64,000 bases of DNA from Eledone cirrhosa (Eukaryota). Made by a program: the position numbers and the translations under genes. The stretch is from contig OZ024743.1 of the NCBI GenBank assembly GCA_964016885.1, positions 264,554,001 to 264,618,000 of the forward strand, read 5' to 3'. Numbering within the stretch: the first letter of the stretch is position 1; each line of letters opens with the position of its first letter. Below are positions 30,711 through 44,956 of the stretch, piece after piece. The notes below the pieces were generated by a model. It did not search any database and was not told the origin of the DNA. It saw only the letters and a program-made list of their open reading frames with translations.

Positions 30711-31934
30711 ACTAGCCCTGGCGACAATCAGAAGAAGCACCCAAAACGTTTAATATGACAGATTACTATATAACTTATCGGAATATTATGTGATCTTGAC
30801 GTCCTCTACCACATGAAACCACATTAGTATGACATTCTTAAAAAATACAAACGAACCCTCTGCTTTCGTTATATTAAAAATTAACCTCATCTGTCTATAT
30901 TGAGAAATATAACAGAGGCCAGTCCAGTAGTAAATATATTTCAAACATTTGAATTAATAAACCCAGTTTTAGATATTTTCGGATAATTTTGCAGGATGTT
31001 GAGAGTTAATTACCATTACTGACATAACGATGACGAAAACGAAAAATATTTGAATGATATCTAAGTAAGTAATGTATTAAATTACAATTGATATGTTATT
31101 TCTCTTTGTTTCATATAATGTATTGCAACTGTTACCATTAATATACGATTTGCTACCACGTTTAAATATACCAACGGAGTGCTAACCAATAAAACATTAA
31201 ACAGCTTCAGTTGGTCACACTAGAAAAGAAAAGGACAGAGAAAAGAAGTTAGAATTGGAACAAATGTTAACAAGTGTAAACGTACTTTGAAGATAAAAGA
31301 AAAATGGCTAATGCAAACTTCATAGCGCCAGAAATACGATGTAGCTCAGTGGAAATGATGCTATTGTACAGAAAGAATCAGAATTTACACTTCAATTCTC
31401 ACAACTAATACAGGAACGGTATATATGGACACAAGAGATATCCGTTTCTGAATTACGTGTATATTTTCAGCAGCATTTTACCCCAAACATAATACAAACA
31501 TCCACATATAATATCAGCAGAGAAAAACAACTTTGTATCTCAATGGATCAGCTAATTTAAGAAGATATATTGTCAAAAACAAAACTATATGATATAGAGG
31601 ATAGAAAAGTTAAAAGAAAGGATATGAACTGAAAATACCAACAGCGAACAATGAAACAAACAAAAAATGAAAACAGCGAGAGTAAAGTAAAAACTTAATT
31701 CAAATACATAGAGAACACCGTTCACGAGTGTGGACTATCGTTCAAAATTCCGTCTTAAGCCTATGGCTAAAAGTATAAAGCACAGAAAATTTAAGAAGCA
31801 TTGGCAAAATTGGAAATTTGAAACGTATGATTCCCAACACAAATGTCCATAATTATATAATAGTCGATTACAACAAAGGATGATTGATAAAATCTAGTAA
31901 AGTCCAGCCAGAGAAAGAAAAATGTGTGTATAAA

Positions 31935-32775
<841 letters not shown>

Positions 32776-32793
32776 ATTAAAATAACAGATTAA

Positions 32794-32844
32794 AGTTTAA
32801 GCAAAGAATCGCTGCTTTCACCCTTAACGGAATCTTCTGAAACT
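32794..32844 (-). ncRNA. CAGAAGA hammerhead-like fold (copy 3), within repeat 32773-33200
   Basis: Same as 7464-7514; the stem II change C>U retains pairing as U-G. Confidence 0.6.
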
Positions 32845-33829
32845 AAAAAAGTCAATCTGTGTACGCAGAAGTAAATATTTCAAAAAAAAGGTTGCAACCG
32901 GGGGAAGACAGGAAGACGATACTTTGGTTCGTGGAAACGGTCCCTGGCAAAGAACGGAAAAAAACGAAGATAATACGTCATTATTTGGAGCGGTGAAAAC
33001 AATTACACGCAACGACAAAACCACGTTTATGGTATAAATGGCGTCGTAGGCTAATATTCTATTAGGTGATTCAAGGAGACGTTCTCTGGCAATGAAAGGA
33101 AAGAACGAAGATATACGTTATTATGTGGATCGGTGAGAACAATTGCTCGCAAAGACAAAACCACGTAAATATTATAACTGAAGTCATAGACTAAAATTCT
33201 AACTAGGAAACCGACTGATTCTCGGCTTCAGAGTTAAGAATAAAGTAAATAAAATACAGAGGTAATTGAAATTAAATAAATACATACACAAGCATACGTG
33301 AAAACAGATGCCATAGGTATACAAATACAAGCACGTACACAAAAAAACCCGCACGCACATACGGAACCAACGCAACGCCTGTACCCGCACACATACGAAC
33401 GTATACACCAATTACACATAAAAATATATATAAATATATATATATATATGTGTGTGTGTGCGTGTGCGTGTATACATATAATTAAATAAACTTATATAAC
33501 GCGCGCACACACATACCTACATGTAAATATACATATGTCCGCAGGCGTACATCGACCAAAACACAAAGTACATATATACACACAACCTAGATATGTACGA
33601 ACGCGCGTACTCGCACAGACGCAAAACACGCGTATACAGATAAACAAACGCACATGAACCAGAATATATAATATATACGCCATAACATATACAGTCAAAT
33701 ATACGTACGAGAAAGTATGCGTACCGTCACAAAACATACAGGTAATATTTGCTTACCTATACAAATAAGTAATGGTATAAACATAACATATACTTAGCTA
33801 CCACATTAGGACGTAACATATCGGCGTAT

Positions 33830-35990
33830 AGTTTGTACTATCCGTTAGGGTATAATGTGGGGCTGTAATACAGGAAAGTTTTGTGCAATTTATGTTTACA
33901 AGCCGAAATTGCCTCAGATTTTTTGTTTAAGATGTGGTCTTTGGCGTAGAGTATTTCCAGGGCCTCAGCGGCGCAGAGGTCACATGATCTTTTATTTCCG
34001 TTATACGATCTAGCCCTACCTAGGATCTCCCAGTGTAATTTATATTAGGTATGGTTGTCTTTTAGACTCCAGGTATAAGCTGAAAATGACGTCATATTCC
34101 TTCTTAAAGATTTAAGAAAAGAATGGGTATGCTTGTAAAGGCGCTGCTTGAATCTATTGGCGGTTAACCCTATGTAGGCCCTACGGAATGTGGGTATTTC
34201 AACCTTACATTTGTAGACAATGTTACTAGAGAGGCCTTTCCCGGATAGGGGGCAGTCAACCCGATTCCTACAATTACAGTTAGTACTAGCTACAGGGTTG
34301 CACGTTTTCCTACGGCTAGGTAGTTTAGCTAAATTTGAAGCCGTGATGTTATGTGCAAGGTTAGGAGTCGTAGAGTAAGAAATGTTAATGGTATTTCTGT
34401 TTAAAATATTACTATATTTATGTGCTGTGGGAAATGCTTCATAATAAGAAAGAGAAAGATCTTAGCTAATGGTGTGGCCACCTCCATATTATATGGTGTG
34501 TTATACCATATAATGCGTCGCGATCTATTTTTCATAGGCCTATTCTCGTACTCTGTATATGCTATCTTATCGACAAATCCACTCCGAGCAAGAGCTTCAT
34601 TGTAATATGTGGAATGGTCGTTGAAAATATGCTCGTTAGTAGATAGACGGGAAAGCCCCAAAGAAACGTTTCTTACCAGGTTTTTGGTTATGCTGGCAGG
34701 ATGCTTAGAATACTTACTTATGTAATTAAGTGTATCACTCTGCTTTCTATACGGGTAGTGCAAGCCATTCGACAAATTGAAGGTAACGTCGAGGTAATTA
34801 ACGACCAAGAGGTTGGTCTCAACCGGTATGGAGAGGTTGAAGCCTTTAAAGAAGGCTGTGAGATCTTTACTGAACCTGTTGCAAGCACGTGGGCCGCACT
34901 TTGTCATGATCAAAAGACCGTCATCACGGTACAAACCACCGCCCACGTTGGGGAGTTCTTCTTTGATAGAGAAATGAAGGAAAAAGCCGATAAGATCAGT
35001 AACCTCCGCAGAATCGCTGGCGCCCATACTCACGTCGAATGGGGTACTATTAGATTTTTTACTGCCAATAGAATCGTCGAAATTAATCACCGACTTTCGA
35101 GCATGAGGATGACATCAACTTCGAAATCCTTAACCACTGTGAATGTTTTAGCGAAATTGATAGCTCTAAGGAGAAGTGGTAAAGTGATGGAGGAGAAGTA
35201 ATTATTGATGTCGAATTGGATAAAACGGCAATGTTCCTTGTTACATATGCCGTTGAACCAATCAATCACCGCGAAAGAATTGTTCCACAGTGCAAGAGGG
35301 GCCAAACTTCTAATTTCAGGAATAATTCTATCTAAAATCCTTTTACTAAGTCTACCTAAATCGGTCTTCGTAGGCTTAATAAGCCGAATAGAGGGGTTGT
35401 TCGGGAAATTGGATTTGTGATCCTTCAGGGTAAAGTGGGGAGAAATAGGGTCCAGAGTATCAGTCCGGTCCAGGATGTTGAGATCAGAGGTGATTCTAAA
35501 CCCAGCATCGTTGATTTCATTAATGAGGATCCTTAGTTGCAGCATTATGTAGCAGTTGATTGTAAGTACTGCGCTCCACTTGATATAGATTGCCAGTTTT
35601 GTCGAAATGGACGTGCACGGCATTATAATCCTTAATAGAACGAATTCTATTCTTCAGGTCTTGCTGGAAGGAATTGCTCCTATTCCGAAATGTGATACTC
35701 CGTATGAGTTCCAAGACATCATTTTCGAAGGGTAGCAATGCTGGGTTATTCGGAGGGTTGTTATCGGTTTTAAACCCAAATTTATCCTGATTATTGTCTG
35801 CTTTTCCCTGATTATCGAAATAAAAGGTACGCCAACGCAATCTGTTAATGAACGCGTCTGTTTTCTGTATCAGGAGTTTTAGGTATGTTTTCCTGCTTGG
35901 CAGGGCTATGTTCTTTGTAGAAATATTCAGATGTTGTTTCTGCATGATGAAATATAAGTCAATAGAGTGCTCAACCGAATGATCCAAATA
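33830..35990 (-). mobile_element. Near full-length, frameshifted Penelope-like element
   Basis: STKNI..P..Y...LI.K...FI.RLRW N-terminus (35520-35987), FTLKDHK..IRLI.P and QFDINNYF (35087-35623), GLYRDDG and VNYLD (34401-35090); CNC/CP, VYKC and YIG remnants at 33900-34290. Confidence 0.93.
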
Positions 35991-36838
35991 TATCTTAACA
36001 TTTAATATTCTACCATACTATTTCATTATAATATCATTCTAATTTTAAAGGATTGTAAATAAAACGAATAAATCAGACAAAGTTGGAATTCCTTTTATTA
36101 ATATATATATATACGGGATAACAAATTATTGTTATAGATAGTCCACTTAGATGTAGTCCAGGTAGGGTACTCCAAGTAGTGGATAGTATCAACGCTTGGA
36201 TAAGTTTGACTCAACAAAGCGTTTCCATAGTAATGCTGCGAGTACGCGGTGATTTCTATGTAGTTTACACTTGGAGTAATAATAAATCAAGAAAGAAGAG
36301 TGACACGGTTTGCTATACAATAAGGGCTTTAATCACATTGCTGACAATTGTTTCTCTGAACTGGTAGGTCTAGAGATCTCTACCCGCCTGTTTCTGCGTC
36401 AATCGATCACCAATACATAGTTATAACCAGTCAATTCATGAGAGCATGCGAGAATGAAGGGAATACACAGGCATGGCTTCTATATATAGTAGTGACATTA
36501 AATTAGAACAACAATAACAATACTAACAATGCTAGCAATACATTAGTTGAAATAATCACAACATCAATCTAAGTAACACATAGTGTATACTTATGACTTT
36601 AGCATGTAAAACGAGCTGATATGAGGCAGACATACGAAATTGAGATGTAAAAGCTGTGATGGGGTGTATTATATATAGTGTAGAGATAAGCCGGGGCTTG
36701 AAACAATGTACCATTTCCTTTACCGTAGGTTTGTTGACCGTAAGAATTATTTATTATCTGACAGATAAAATATTTTCATTGTAGTGAGGATAGTAATTTG
36801 TATGTGGTGTAAAGCGGATCCATTATTTAAGTGGTCTA

Positions 36839-37030
36839 GGGCGGTGAATTGGCAGTATCGGTAGAGGGTCGGACGCCATGCTTTGACGCATAGAGTTACG
36901 GCCCTTGCCATTCTGAGTTCAAATCCCGCCGATTGTTAACTTTGCCTTTCATCCTTACGGGCTCGATAAAATAAAGAACCAGTAATGTACTGGGTAATTG
37001 CTGACCTTGTGCCAATAATAGAAAAAATTA
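36839..37030 (+). mobile_element. tRNA-derived SINE, full length
   Basis: ggcggtgaattggcagtatcggtag...gagttcaaatcccgcc...aactttgcctttcatcctt...tail; ttatttaagtggtcta is repeated on both sides as a TSD-like duplication. Confidence 0.9.
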
Positions 37031-37721
37031 TTTAAGTGGTCTATATTAGGTGAAGGGATTGTTAGTTCGAATCGTGGGGTTGTTTAGCTTTCACATCATC
37101 AATAACATGCATGTATAAGATAACACCAACAGATTAGCTATATAATAGGTAAGTTAATACAGAGGTTAAGGAAGCTATATATATATACAGAGAAAACATG
37201 TTGACTACAATTATAACAACAGGAGGAAGGTGATAATTCACAGACTGTGGTATTAGTCTAATAATGTACTTGGATTTAGGTTCATCTGTTGAGAATCAAG
37301 CATGAGGAAGTTGTGTTGACAGGAGCTGAGAAGAGATATATTTATGGGTTGATTATATATTTGCAGACATTACTGTGGTATAGAATTAAGGAGGCTAGAA
37401 GCTGCTTAAATAATATTATAGTTCTTTGGTGGTCTGTGTGAGAGTGTGGATTTCATATGTTGAATGCTAAGTTATGTTGGTTCGATTCAGGGTGGCTTAA
37501 ATCTTGTGAATTTAGTAGCGGTCGAGTGTCGGCAGAAAATTGAGCTTTCTATCTTGTTGTTGAGTAGCCTTTTTTCATTCCTAAGGGTATACAGTAATTC
37601 AAGGTCGCAGAGCCTACACTAGGACATACAGGTACTATATGCCCTTGCGGCCGACAACCTCGACCAGTTGATATTGTAGTTGATGTCCCTAAGTCCCCAG
37701 ATTCTTTTGGCGAGGTTTGTA

Positions 37722-37812
<91 letters not shown>

Positions 37813-37860
37813 AAATGTGGAGAGGAAGCACACGAGTAGGGATATATATATATATATATA

Positions 37861-38351
37861 TGAAAACAGGGAGAAAGAGACGATTATCAGGAAGAAAAAA
37901 ATATTTTTTTTCCTTTTTTGGTCCTCTCTGATTTTTATGGGTTAGAAAATGATTAAAACGAAATGTTTTACTTTGTGTGAAGTGTTAGGTTGATTCATTT
38001 ATTATTTAACAATGCCATTTATTTATCTATTTATATATTTAATTATTGTCTATTACCGGTTTCAGCATTTATATGCATCATCAAATGATAGTGAAATGTA
38101 TTAGTGTGGTGTCGCACATGTTAGACAGAAGGTGGAGAAAGAATGATGTTATTTACAAACAAGGTTTAAGAAGTGAAAAGAAAAAAGAAAAAGGAAAAAA
38201 AAACCTTGCATAATGTGGAACGTAAAAAGTCAATGTGTAAGAATAAATAATGTTATTTACAAGTACAGTAATTGAAGTTAAAAAGAGAGAGAGAAACACA
38301 AAAAAAAAAATATTTTTCTTCCTCATAATCGTCTCTGTCTCCCTGTTTTCA
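37861..38351 (-). mobile_element. Small element with about 50-bp terminal inverted repeats and a degenerate HHR (38048-38091)
   Basis: tgaaaacagggag..gagacgattat vs ataatcgtctc..ctccctgttttca; minus strand TTGATGA t gcat ataa atgc t GAAA ccgg TA; stem I weak; TA flanks. Confidence 0.6.
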
Positions 38352-38516
38352 GAAATATATATATATATATATATATCAAGTAATAATATTTTCTTGTGCT
38401 TAAACTTTAATCTGTTATTTTAATAAATATTTGGTGTACGGTTCTTATATATTTGATATATATTTATCCTTATTGAGCCCTCTTTGGATTTTAGTCTTCA
38501 AATTTATTATTATTTC

Positions 38517-38622
<106 letters not shown>

Positions 38623-38716
38623 TATATCTTAGCACTTAATATTCTACCATATAATTTCATTATAATTTTAAAGGATTGTAAATAAAACGAGTAAATCAGA
38701 CAAAGCTGGAATTCTT

Positions 38717-38796
<80 letters not shown>

Positions 38797-38879
38797 ATAC
38801 ATATGTATATATATATATATGTATAAATATATACATATGGTAATAATAATAATAATAATATACATATATATATAAATAA

Positions 38880-38955
<76 letters not shown>

Positions 38956-39014
38956 AGTAATGATATTTTCGAATCAGTAGTCAAAATACGGCGATAGCTT
39001 ACATTTATAATAAT

Positions 39015-39092
<78 letters not shown>

Positions 39093-39221
39093 TAGTCAGT
39101 TATCAAAGTTGTGTTCAAATCATTTAATAGCTGACAATCGTTTCTCCCAAACTCTCTTTTGGTGTCATCGGAGCATTATCAATCTTTGTACATGTAATTA
39201 ACTTCCTATTCAACTGAACAA

Positions 39222-40849
39222 TCTATATATATAAAACTGTGGTTGTCTGTCTGTCTATCGATTTTGGGCACACATCTCCTCTTAGAATCTCTGACGGAAT
39301 TGCACCGAAATTGCTATACTTGTACATTGAGCCCTAGCGAAGACATCGGAAAAAAATATTTCAAATTGACCCGCCCTATCTGACGAAATCGAATATAATG
39401 TATCGATTTTTGAGCGTAAGTGATCAGTTATTTCCCTTTGTTCTGTTTACATTCAGCGTAGCGTCTTACGTTCTCTTTACATTTTCTGCGTGCAAAAATT
39501 AAAAAAATGATTTCCCTTTGTTCTGTTTACATTCAGCGTAGCGTCTTACGTTCTGTTTACATTTTCTGCGTGCAAAAATTAAAAAAATTACGCTGGCTAA
39601 AATTAAAAAAATTACGCTGGCTTTCTCAGCGTTTAAAATGACATTAACAAATACACGAACTTCGAACACTAAGCTTCCGTTTTGCTTCATTTCCATTTAA
39701 AAGCCTTTTTAAAACAATATTTTTACTTGAAAACAAGTCTATTTAAAGACTACGTAAAACAAGCAAATATTTCGTAAAAAAAAGCAAAAATTATATAAGT
39801 TTATTTAAAATATATGTATCTGTAAATTTCGTTAGGCGTGCAGACAGACAGTCGTGCAGACAGACAGTCGTGCAGACAGACAGTCGTGCAGAGAGGTGAT
39901 ATACGCGTGCAGACAGACAGTCGTGCAGAGAGGTGATATACGCGTGCAGACAGATAGTCGTGCAGAGAGGTGATATAGGCGTGCAGACAGACAGTCGTGC
40001 AGAGAGGTGATATAGGCGTGCAGACAGACATCTATCTATATATATAAAACTGTGGTTGTCTGTCTGTCGAACGATTTTTGGCACACATCTCCTCTTAGAA
40101 TCTCTCACGGAATTGCACCGAAATTGCTATACTTGTACATTGAGCCCTAGCGAAGACATCGGAAAAAAAATATTTCAAATTGACCCACCCTATGTGACGA
40201 AATCGAATATAATGTATCGATTTTTGAGCGTAAGTGATCAGTTATTTCCCTTTGTTCTGTTTACATTGAGCGTCTTACGTAAAAAATTACGCTGGCTTTC
40301 TCAGCGTTTAAAATGACATTAACACAATACACGAACAGTTGTCGAGCCAGCAAAATATTGACCTGCAAAATTCATCAGTTCGAACACTAAGCTTCCGTTT
40401 TGCTTCATTTCCATTTAAAAGCATTTTAAAACAATATTTTTACTTGAAAACAAGTCTATTTAAAGACTACGTAAAACAAGCAAATATTTCAGGCGTGCAG
40501 ACAGACAGTCGTGCAGAGAGGTGATATAGGCGTGCAGACAGACATAACTGATAATTTGGTTACGCTAATGTTTTTCTCTGCGTTGCAGTGTTTACATTTT
40601 CGATCTTTGTTAATAAATAACCAGTGCAGTTTTTATCCCCAGCATCCTCTTTTGTTATAACATTCGGGTTATCGTTATGTTTTCTTAACTTCATAAGGCA
40701 TATTGTTGGTTGAGGGAATATTAATCAAAAACACCACATGCAAGTCTGCACAGTAGACACTACAGTTTTTAAGCCAAAAAAGAAACTTAACATTGTAACT
40801 TTAACACAGCTACTGAGCGACCCCGAGCAACGCCGGGCTTTACTGCTAG
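39222..40849 (+). mobile_element. Non-autonomous Helitron with duplicated 5' part and internal minisatellite
   Basis: Starts TC(tatatatataaaac), ends cccg-agcaacgc-cggg...CTAG, inserted between A and T without TSD; second 5' end at about 40035; cgtgcagacagacagt repeats 39836-40030. Confidence 0.88.
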
Positions 40850-42385
40850 TAATATATATATATATATATATGTTGATGTTGTAAGCAACAGTTTCGTATT
40901 TACAGGGTGGAATGGATGTGACATATATTTTACAAGAATTGTACAAAAATTCAAATTAAAATTAAAAGGCCAGAGTGGAATACATCCAACAGATAATGTA
41001 AGAGAATAGTCTAATAATTAAAGAGGCATTGAGAAAGGAGCTTTGATAAAGAAAGAGTACATTAGCAATACATATGCAAGCGTGTAGAAAGTGCACATGC
41101 CTTTGTCATATATATGAGAAGGAAATAAGCAAAATTATTATGCATATATACATAAATAAATATTGTATTTTAAGCAAATATGTTAATGTATTAAAATCTA
41201 TGGTGGATGTAGTATGTTGAAAGTGTTTGAATTTGTGTGTTGAGAAAAACAAAGCTATTGCAGTCTCTTCCATTACATATGTTGAATTATATTTAAGCTA
41301 ATGTTTATATTGAATGTTTTAAGTTAGTGAAAGCAATGGATAGTAAATTAGTCTTATTGTATTCTTAATCAACAGGTAAACTTTTCCAACGGTTAATTTC
41401 CGGAAGTGAGTAAGGGGAGCCAATGCGTAAGGGGAGGTAACTAGCTAATTAAATTCAGTTATTTAAATCCTTTGTTCCAATACACATTATAATGTGATAC
41501 AAGTGAATCTCTATTACATAATGCTATATATTTATACTTGATTTTAAATACAGTGTATTTTATTATAATACATTAAAGGTCCCTTTAGATTGTTATCTAT
41601 TCATTACTGGGCAAGATATATGTTATGGATAATTGCATAGCTGTTTATATATCCAAATAATATATAATTTGTGTAATAATATACATTATTGTTTTAAAAG
41701 TTAATCCCTTTTATACAATGCTATTACATTATATATTTAATTATAAATGTATATATACTTTATTATTATTATATTGTGTTAAGGGTAGATCCCTAATATA
41801 CATGTTATTAATTTAATTATTTAATTATATAATTATAAATGTATATACAGTTTATTATTACATATTACATTAAATGTCTCTACATATTAAATATCCTTTA
41901 GTGTATATAATATAAATAAGCTATAGTGGTTATATCAAAAGGTGGTAACTTTATGTTTAATTCTAACAGTTATTGCAGAGTATAAGGTTAGAGATACATA
42001 GGAGTTGTGTAAAGGAAAGAGCTGATCAAAGAGTGTGTAGCTATGGGGGCTGATAATTCCTAGATGTGAAGTATTAATGGTGGTGAGGAATTCAAATCTG
42101 ACAGTGTTATATACTAACGGCTAGGTTTAAAGTTATGGAACGAGTGACGGTATCGGTGTTGGCACGAAGAAAATGTCTCTGACTTTCTATTAAGGAGGTC
42201 TAGTCTCAAAAAGATTATAGTATGTGTCTATTTGAATTTGAATTTTTGTACAATTCTCGTAAAATATATGTCACATCCATTCCACCCTGTAAATACGACA
42301 CTGTTGCTCACAACATCAATATATATGTATCTATATTATTGTTCAGTTTAATAGGAGGTTAATTACATGTACAAACATTGATCAT

Positions 42386-42430
42386 GTTCCGATGATTCCA
42401 AACGAGTGTTTGGAAGAAACGATTGTCAGG
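42386..42430 (+). ncRNA. Type I hammerhead with CCGAUGA core
   Basis: gtt CCGATGA ttccaaac gagt gtttggaa GAAA cgattg TC agg; the mirror copy has stem I gct/agc. Confidence 0.75.
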
Positions 42431-42607
42431 TATTAAATGATTTGAACACAACTTTGATAATTGTCTAATTTATTTATTTTCCTGCTCTGTAAAACAACTG
42501 ATGTTCTTAAATTGAGCTATTTCTCTCACTGGAAATAAGGTAGTAGGAAATTACTGAACTTTCCTGTTTATAGTTGTTTATAGTATATACATAACTATAA
42601 ATAGCAT

Positions 42608-42650
<43 letters not shown>

Positions 42651-43815
42651 AAAAAAGGAAAAGAAAATGCTGACAAATTTTTCCCAGTGAAAAATAGTTT
42701 AATTAGGAATAAGTATAGATTAGTAATAAGTATTAGTTAGTATTCAGTTTTAGATTTAAGTTTTTACCGGTTGCACATTTCTTATGCTTTTCAAAAATAA
42801 TTTTGAGATAGAGCGCCCGTGATTTTTGCTCAAATCTGATCAGTTTGTGAAATTCTTCCTGTTTTATGTGAAAAAAGTTGCTCCAGAGGTACTAAAATTT
42901 GGTTGGTTGCTGAATGTCACGTGAATAAGCACAATAAATTTCGCGCCAATTCGTGTTGCAAAAATTCTTGTAGTCAAAACAATTTTGATTGGTCAGTAGA
43001 AGTCACGTGAATGTTAAAATTGATTTTAGCGCCAACTGGTTTCACGTCAAATGTAGGTTTGTCGAATTGTGTCCTTTTCCGCTTGATTGAGTTGCAGTCA
43101 TGTTGAGAAGTCACTACAAATTTAAAGATTATGCCACCCACACCCAGCGCATCACCAAGGAATCTCACTTTATTAACAAATACGGATCCCGTCTAAACAC
43201 ATCTCCCTAAGACGAACCCACAACATACACACGTCAACATACATACCTACATCAGCATATATCCTACATACATTTCTATCCACATATAAACACAATGACA
43301 TACATAAACAGCTATGTCCTATCGTGCAACACAAATATACACAAATTCGCACACCTTTATATGTTTATAGATATAAACGTGCCGACACGCACACATACAC
43401 ATACGCACACATGTATTTCACTTAGATGGGCACATACATATTTGTACACAAGTATCCCATACGCTCAGGGCCTAATGGATTCCCCTGGCAGTACGTACAA
43501 TCTGGAGACTCACACACCTTGCCATTCTGAGTTCAAACCCCGCCGAGGTTAACTTTGCCTTTCATCCTTACGGGGTCGATAAAATAAAGTACCAGTAATG
43601 CACTGGGTAATTGCTGGCCTTGGGCCAAAAGTAGAAACAATTATGATAATACTATACATCATTTCACCTCTTTTATGTTATTGATGTTCTTTTGAGAGAA
43701 TCGTTTTTGCAAATAACTGAACATATCGAATAATGTACGCCATTTTTACCAGTACCACAAAGATACTGGTCCATCCACACACACACACACATACACACGC
43801 GTACACAACATACAA

Positions 43816-43883
<68 letters not shown>

Positions 43884-44639
43884 CTCCGTATAAGACAAGA
43901 GCTGAAAAATATGTTTCACCATGATAAAATATCCCCTTCCCCCTTCCACACACACACACACATTCCAACTGACCGATTCATTCCCATTATCACAACAATA
44001 AACCACTCCGCTCTACCCCCCCCCCCCCACACACACATACACACATTTGTTTTAATAGACACCTGAACTGTTGATCTTTCAACATGACTGCAACTCGCAC
44101 ACGTACACACACATCCCTACTGATCATTATCACAACAATGAACCACTTTACTACACACACACGCATATTTGTCTTAATAGACATATTTTTCAGTGACTTC
44201 TCAACATGACTGCAACTCAATCAAGCGGAAAAGGACACTCTTCAACAAACCTACATTTGACGCGAAATCAATTTTAACATTCACGTGACTTCTACCGACC
44301 AATCAAAATTGTTTTGACTACAAGAATTTTTGCAACACGAATTGGCGCGAAATTTATAGTACTTATTCACGTGACAATCAACAAACAACCAAATTTTCAT
44401 ACCTCTGGAGGCACTTTTTTCACATAAAACAGGAGGAATTTCTAAAACTGATCCGATTAGAGCAAAAATCACGGCCACTCTATCTCAAAATTATTTTTGA
44501 AAAGCATTAGAAATGCGCAACCGGTAAAAATTTGAAACTAAAACTGAATACTAACTAATACTTATTACTAATTTATACTTATTCCTAATTAAACTATTTT
44601 TCACTGGGAAACATTTGTCAGCATTTTCTTTTCCTTTTT
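42651..44639. mobile_element. Non-coding element with about 450-bp inverted arms, each with a divergent HHR-like motif (42762-42797 minus, 44494-44529 plus)
   Basis: 42651-43115 is the reverse complement of 44192-44639; ttt TTGAAAA gcatt aga aatgc GCAA ccgg TA aaa. Confidence 0.75.
43468..43643 (+). mobile_element. SINE nested in the inverted-repeat element
   Basis: ttctgagttcaaaccccgccgaggttaactttgcctttcatcctt...gtagaaacaatta. Confidence 0.85.
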
Positions 44640-44678
44640 ACTAATATATCACAACTCGTGTGTCACACCTATATTTAT

Positions 44679-44746
<68 letters not shown>

Positions 44747-44956
44747 TAACAGATTAAAGTTTAAGAAAAGAATCGCTGCTTTCACCCTTAACGAGTTTCA
44801 GAAGATTAAAGTTGAAGCAATTGTTTGCTTCAACTTTAATCTATTATTTTAATAAATATTTGCTCTAAGGTTCTTATATATTGGATATATATTTATCCTT
44901 ATCGAACCCTCTTTAGATTTTAGTCTTCACATTTATTATTATTACTATATATATAT

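Larger units (their letters stand above)
39089..42470. mobile_element. Non-coding HHR element with about 240-bp inverted arms; left arm split by a Helitron
   Basis: 39089-39221 plus 40850-40956 is the reverse complement of 42236-42470; CCGAUGA HHRs at 39130-39174 (minus) and 42386-42430 (plus). Confidence 0.82.

Noticed and set aside
36338-36390. Minus-strand GAAACAATTGTC upstream of a PLE
   Set aside because: The 5' core is not recognisable.
36839-36930. tRNA gene
   Set aside because: A and B boxes belong to a multi-copy SINE head; no cloverleaf.
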